This document shows positions 47,938-51,785 of a stretch of 51,785 bases of DNA, piece by piece (position 1 is the first letter of the stretch; the number at the start of each line of letters is the position of its first letter). The translations under genes and the position numbers were made by a program. A model generated the notes under the pieces. It had not been told where the DNA came from and made no database searches. It saw only the letters and a list, made by a program, of their open reading frames with translations. This DNA comes from Minisyncoccota bacterium (GTDB lineage Bacteria > Patescibacteriota > Minisyncoccia > Phycocordibacterales > UBA9973): NCBI GenBank assembly GCA_031413715.1, contig JANOFO010000001.1, positions 1 to 51,785 of the forward strand, written 5' to 3'.

Positions 47938-48807
47938 ATGAAAAACTTCCGCAAATATTTACCGTATGTCTTAATTCTTGCTCTCTTTATATCTCTACTC
48001 TATATATGGCAATTGGCATACACCCGCTCGCACACTAGTAACTTGCTGAAAGTCGCATTTCTCGATATCGGCCAAGGCGACGCTATCTTTATAGAAGCGC
48101 CAAACGGTCGCCAGATGCTTGTAGATGCTGGTCCTGGGCCAATAATTTTGCAAAAACTCGCCTCCGTTATGCCTTTCGGTGATCGATCTATCGATGTCAT
48201 CCTTGCTACTCATACAGATGCTGATCATATCGGCGGATTCCCAGCCGTGCTTGATCGTTACAAAGTCGGACAAATTATTGAGAATGGCGGATCATCAGAG
48301 ACAGAGATATATGAGAATTTTGAGGACCAAATATTGAAGCACAAAGTAGGGAAAGTTATCGCTACTCGCGGAACACGCGTTGTGCTCGACAATAAATACA
48401 ATATTTATTTTGATGTCCTATTCCCGGATAGAGATGTATCCGGTTTCATAGAGACCAATGATGGATCAATAGTAGGGAAGCTTATATATGGGAGTCAGTC
48501 TTTTATGCTCACAGGAGATGGAACAAAATATACAGAGAACTTGATCATACATAATGAAACTACTGACACTCTTCATTCCCAAGTGCTAAAGCTTGGTCAT
48601 CATGGCTCGCATACTTCCACCACTGAACTATGGCTTGAAAAAGTTCATCCCGATATCGCTATCATCTCCGCCGGCAAAAAGAATCGCTATGGCCATCCGC
48701 ACAAAGATGTCCTCGATCTATTATCAAAGCTTGGCATCCCATATCTTGCTACCTATCAAAAAGGGACAATCGTACTTAAAACTGATGGGACAAGGCTTTT
48801 TCAATAG
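47938..48807 (+). CDS. ComEC-type metallo-beta-lactamase-fold nuclease (stand-alone)
   Basis: LDIGQGDA, THTDADHIGG, LTGD, LKLGHHGS, NRYGHPH. Confidence 0.92.
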   Translation: MKNFRKYLPYVLILALFISLLYIWQLAYTRSHTSNLLKVAFLDIGQGDAIFIEAPNGRQMLVDAGPGPIILQKLASVMPFGDRSIDVILATHTDADHIGGFPAVLDRYKVGQIIENGGSSETEIYENFEDQILKHKVGKVIATRGTRVVLDNKYNIYFDVLFPDRDVSGFIETNDGSIVGKLIYGSQSFMLTGDGTKYTENLIIHNETTDTLHSQVLKLGHHGSHTSTTELWLEKVHPDIAIISAGKKNRYGHPHKDVLDLLSKLGIPYLATYQKGTIVLKTDGTRLFQ

Positions 48808-48875
48808 TTTCGCACCTAGCTCTTTACAAGCAGATAGTATTTGGCTAGACTGTCAGCGAAACAAACTATTTATAT

Positions 48876-49385
48876 ATGGAAAAGCAAATGCTCGATATCT
48901 TATTTAAGCCTGTAACAAATAAAGATATCCTTATAAAATTCTTTTTAAATAATGATATGATTTCGCTTAACAAAGGAGCCGAAGTCTTATTAAGAAAGAT
49001 CTTTGAGAAAAACGGCTTCACGAACCGATCAGTCGTGGCAATTAGGATAGAAATAGAAAGTCCAAGCACCTTAGAGAAAATACAGGAGTATTACAATCAA
49101 AAGTACATATCCTTAGTTTCCGAAGATGTAAATTTTCGAAACCTCATACTGTTAAAACAGGTTATCGAAAATAGAGATATACATTCGAATGGCCTCGGTA
49201 ATATTATGGGTTGGTACTCGAATGTTGAGCTTGAATCTGGGTTGGCGAAAGGAGTGCTGTGTGCATATAAGAGCGTTATTACATGCTCTGATAGCCCTCT
49301 TGTATTAGAGGATGTTATACGAATTGATTTTTTCACCGAATTAGAGACTGTTGGTCCGGGAGTTGGAGTCTTCGAGTTCTCATAG
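48876..49385 (+). CDS. Orphan hypothetical protein
   Basis: 169-aa ORF followed by a hairpin near 49406-49445. Confidence 0.6.
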   Translation: MEKQMLDILFKPVTNKDILIKFFLNNDMISLNKGAEVLLRKIFEKNGFTNRSVVAIRIEIESPSTLEKIQEYYNQKYISLVSEDVNFRNLILLKQVIENRDIHSNGLGNIMGWYSNVELESGLAKGVLCAYKSVITCSDSPLVLEDVIRIDFFTELETVGPGVGVFEFS

Positions 49386-49437
49386 TAATTACTTTAAAAG
49401 CAAACAAAAAATATCTTTCCGAGATGGAAAGGTATTT

Positions 49438-49683
49438 TTATTTTATGATTCCAGCTTTTTTGAGAACTGCGTAGGCGCCGTGTTTGTTGATTGTTTTGAT
49501 CGCGCCGGTCGAGAGGGTGAGAGGGTAGTACTTTTTGAGTTCAGGTACGTATACGCGCTTCTTCTGAAGGTTCGCATATTTGCGGACTTTGCCGGTCGGG
49601 TTGAATTTGGTAGCACGAACTACATTTGAGTAGCCACCACCCATCATTGAACCCTTTTTAGTTATCGCGCAAACTTTTGCCAT
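49438..49683 (-). CDS. rpmB: 50S ribosomal protein L28
   Basis: MAKVCAITKK...ANLQKKRVYVPE...LSTGAIKTINKHG. Start moved to 49683. Confidence 0.9.
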   Translation of the reverse strand: MAKVCAITKKGSMMGGGYSNVVRATKFNPTGKVRKYANLQKKRVYVPELKKYYPLTLSTGAIKTINKHGAYAVLKKAGIIK

Positions 49684-49717
49684 ATGTGACCCCCATGCTA
49701 TCATATAGGACATACAT

Positions 49718-50359
49718 ATGCAAGCGATTGATGGAATATTCTATGTAGTTATCCTTATCATGTCGGTCGTAGTCCATGAATTCGCTCATGGCTACGCGGC
49801 GTATCTTCTCGGCGACAATACCGCTCGGTTGTCTGGTCGCTTGACGCTCAATCCACTCAAGCATCTGGATCTCTTCGGTTCAGTTATCTTACCACTTTTT
49901 CTCATCATCTCGAGCGCAGGCTTTGTTATCGGCTGGGCCAAGCCAGTGCCGTACAATCCAAATAATTTACGAAACAAAAAGTCAGGCACTGTACTCGTCT
50001 CGATTGCTGGAATTTTAGCCAATATCTTAATTGCAATCATATTCGGCTTACTGATACGTTTTGCTCCACATTTTGGTCTACCTTTATACACCGCAGACTC
50101 AATGTTGCTTCATCCATTTTATAAAATCAGCTCAATCATAGTCCTTACCAACCTGGTATTGGCTTTGTTTAATCTCATTCCAATTCCTCCGCTTGACGGC
50201 TCTAAAATTCTATTCTCATTCTTGCCGTCCAAGCTCCTATACATAGAGAATTTGCTGGAGCGGTGGGGAATATTTGTTCTGCTTTTCTTCATTATTTTTC
50301 TCTGGAGCTACTTCTCACCGCTTATATTTATAGCCTTCTCTTTTATAACTGGCGTTTAG
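49718..50359 (+). CDS. Site-2 protease (peptidase M50)
   Basis: HEFAHG, FNLIPIPPLDGSK. Confidence 0.95.
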   Translation: MQAIDGIFYVVILIMSVVVHEFAHGYAAYLLGDNTARLSGRLTLNPLKHLDLFGSVILPLFLIISSAGFVIGWAKPVPYNPNNLRNKKSGTVLVSIAGILANILIAIIFGLLIRFAPHFGLPLYTADSMLLHPFYKISSIIVLTNLVLALFNLIPIPPLDGSKILFSFLPSKLLYIENLLERWGIFVLLFFIIFLWSYFSPLIFIAFSFITGV

Positions 50360-50417
50360 TATTAAAGTCCTAACTCCTACGCTTATTGACCAATTTAATT
50401 ATATGGTATAATTATGC

Positions 50418-51785
50418 ATGATGGCTTTCAATAAAAAAAGAAAGTTTAGATTTTACTATCCAAAACTCCTTTCAGTTATCTTTTTTGTTTTACTTTTTAC
50501 CGCTTATGCCTACACCTTGGCTAGTCCGCCAGGTTCTCCTTATCAATCTGGATTTACGCTGGATCCTACTTGTGCTCCTGGAAGTTTAAATTGTTTTGTT
50601 CAAATAATTCCTGATCAAACTGGGAACTCGGGTAAATTCCTAACTACTGACGGTACAGTAACAAGCTGGGCAACAGTCTCTGGCGGCAGCCCAGCGCTCT
50701 CTTCACTGAGCGCAGCGATTGCTACAAATACCATCAACAACGCAAATTTTGCGCAAGAATGGCAATGGAATTCTCTTTCTAGCAATAGCGGGCTTAAACT
50801 TAGCTCAAGCTCAACCGCCGCCGCATCAAATACACAAAAACTTTTTGAACTCTCGCTCTCTGGTGTAAATGCAACATCAAGTCAAACTACATACGCATCA
50901 TATATTTCAAATGCGCACACAGGCACGTCAGCTACAAACTATGCTGGGTATTTCACCGCAACAGGTACCAGTAATACAAGAAACATTGGTCTCTATGCTA
51001 CTGCAACAGGCGCGACGAATAATTATGCGGCGATTTTTGAAGCAGGGGAAGTCTTGGTTGGTTCAGCAACCGACAATGGAACTTATATTCTTCAAGTAAC
51101 TGGTGACATAAATCATAATGGAGATATGGTTTTTCCAAATGCTGGTGGAGTATATGAAATCAAAGCAGACCTCACTGTTTCTCCGGAAGGACAAAATATT
51201 ACTCTCTCGGCTGGTGATGGTTCTAGTGGATTTGGAGCCACAGGAGGAGATGTTACTTTGACTGCTGGAAATGGAACTGGAGCCGGCACAGTATTGGGTG
51301 GCGATATTTATCTAAATCCTGGAACTGGAAATACTGCAAATGGATATGTATATATTGATCCTACGAGTATTGGCGAAGTTCTTATTTCTACTAGTACTGA
51401 TGCCGGGGCTTTCAAGCTACAAGTAAATGGAAACTCTTATTTATCCGGCTCCATTTCTGCCGCTACCGCCATCACTGCATCTGGCGCCATCACATTCTCT
51501 GGGCTCTCCACCACAGGGATTGTTCACAACTCTTCTGCTGGAGTACTCTCCACTTCTCTCATCGCTCTCGGTGATCTCTTAACCCAAGGTACAGCAACAG
51601 ATGAATTCTGTCTGACTTCTGAGACGGGCGGCGGCGCACTTCTTGCCTGGCAAGCATGCGGCGGCGCACTCTCAGATACCGACTATGGAGATATCGTCGT
51701 CAGTGGTTCTGGTACTGTAATGACAATTGATACAGATGTCATTGATTTCGCAGATATAGCTGACTCTCTTTCTCTTGATGCAGCA
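50418..51785 (+). CDS. Large G/S/T/A-rich surface or fibre-like protein; runs off the window
   Basis: Not in the ORF track (no stop). MMAFNKKRK...signal/TM...LDPTCAPGSLNC...PDQTGNSGKFLTTDGTVTSW; frame read as open. Confidence 0.8.
   Translation, partial: MMAFNKKRKFRFYYPKLLSVIFFVLLFTAYAYTLASPPGSPYQSGFTLDPTCAPGSLNCFVQIIPDQTGNSGKFLTTDGTVTSWATVSGGSPALSSLSAAIATNTINNANFAQEWQWNSLSSNSGLKLSSSSTAAASNTQKLFELSLSGVNATSSQTTYASYISNAHTGTSATNYAGYFTATGTSNTRNIGLYATATGATNNYAAIFEAGEVLVGSATDNGTYILQVTGDINHNGDMVFPNAGGVYEIKADLTVSPEGQNITLSAGDGSSGFGATGGDVTLTAGNGTGAGTVLGGDIYLNPGTGNTANGYVYIDPTSIGEVLISTSTDAGAFKLQVNGNSYLSGSISAATAITASGAITFSGLSTTGIVHNSSAGVLSTSLIALGDLLTQGTATDEFCLTSETGGGALLAWQACGGALSDTDYGDIVVSGSGTVMTIDTDVIDFADIADSLSLDAA

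Noticed and set aside
1530-51099. Numerous 60-170 aa antisense or out-of-frame ORFs in the track
   Set aside because: They overlap well-supported genes and carry no motifs; treated as shadow ORFs.
1-51785. CRISPR array, rRNA, transposase, integrase or prophage
   Set aside because: No regularly spaced repeat-spacer array, rRNA-like tract or recognisable recombinase/phage structural gene was seen.

Overview
Chromosomal window of a small-genome bacterium using the standard genetic code (TGA serves as stop). It is most consistent with Patescibacteria/CPR (Parcubacteria-like), an inference from gene content: type IV pilus genes, split ComEC, recJ-rnhA, tpiA-pgk, Cys-rich paralogues, orphans and no central amino acid, nucleotide or cofactor biosynthesis genes. 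It carries four tRNAs (Arg-TCT, Val-TAC, Leu-GAG, His-GTG), rplS, rpmB, rluA, msrA, a P-type ATPase, mscL, a class Ic-type ribonucleotide reductase, disulfide-bond genes and two ORFs cut by the window edges (AbiEi-like antitoxin; large surface protein). Main signals: (1) a response regulator / ThiF-like adenylase / acyltransferase / multi-TM histidine kinase module resembling a small-molecule synthesis-and-sensing circuit, with a shared candidate regulator box; (2) short GC-rich palindromes inserted in frame within housekeeping genes (rluA, recJ twice, rnhA, sod); (3) single genes bracketed by direct repeats, including a 148-bp repeat led by a 36-bp palindrome at two divergent Cys-rich paralogues; (4) pervasive leaderless-type promoters, versus full -35/-10 promoters at orphans; (5) a structured trailer 3' of tRNA-Val and inverted heptamer arrays around nrdA. 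All family assignments come from motif recognition by eye; no database search was run.
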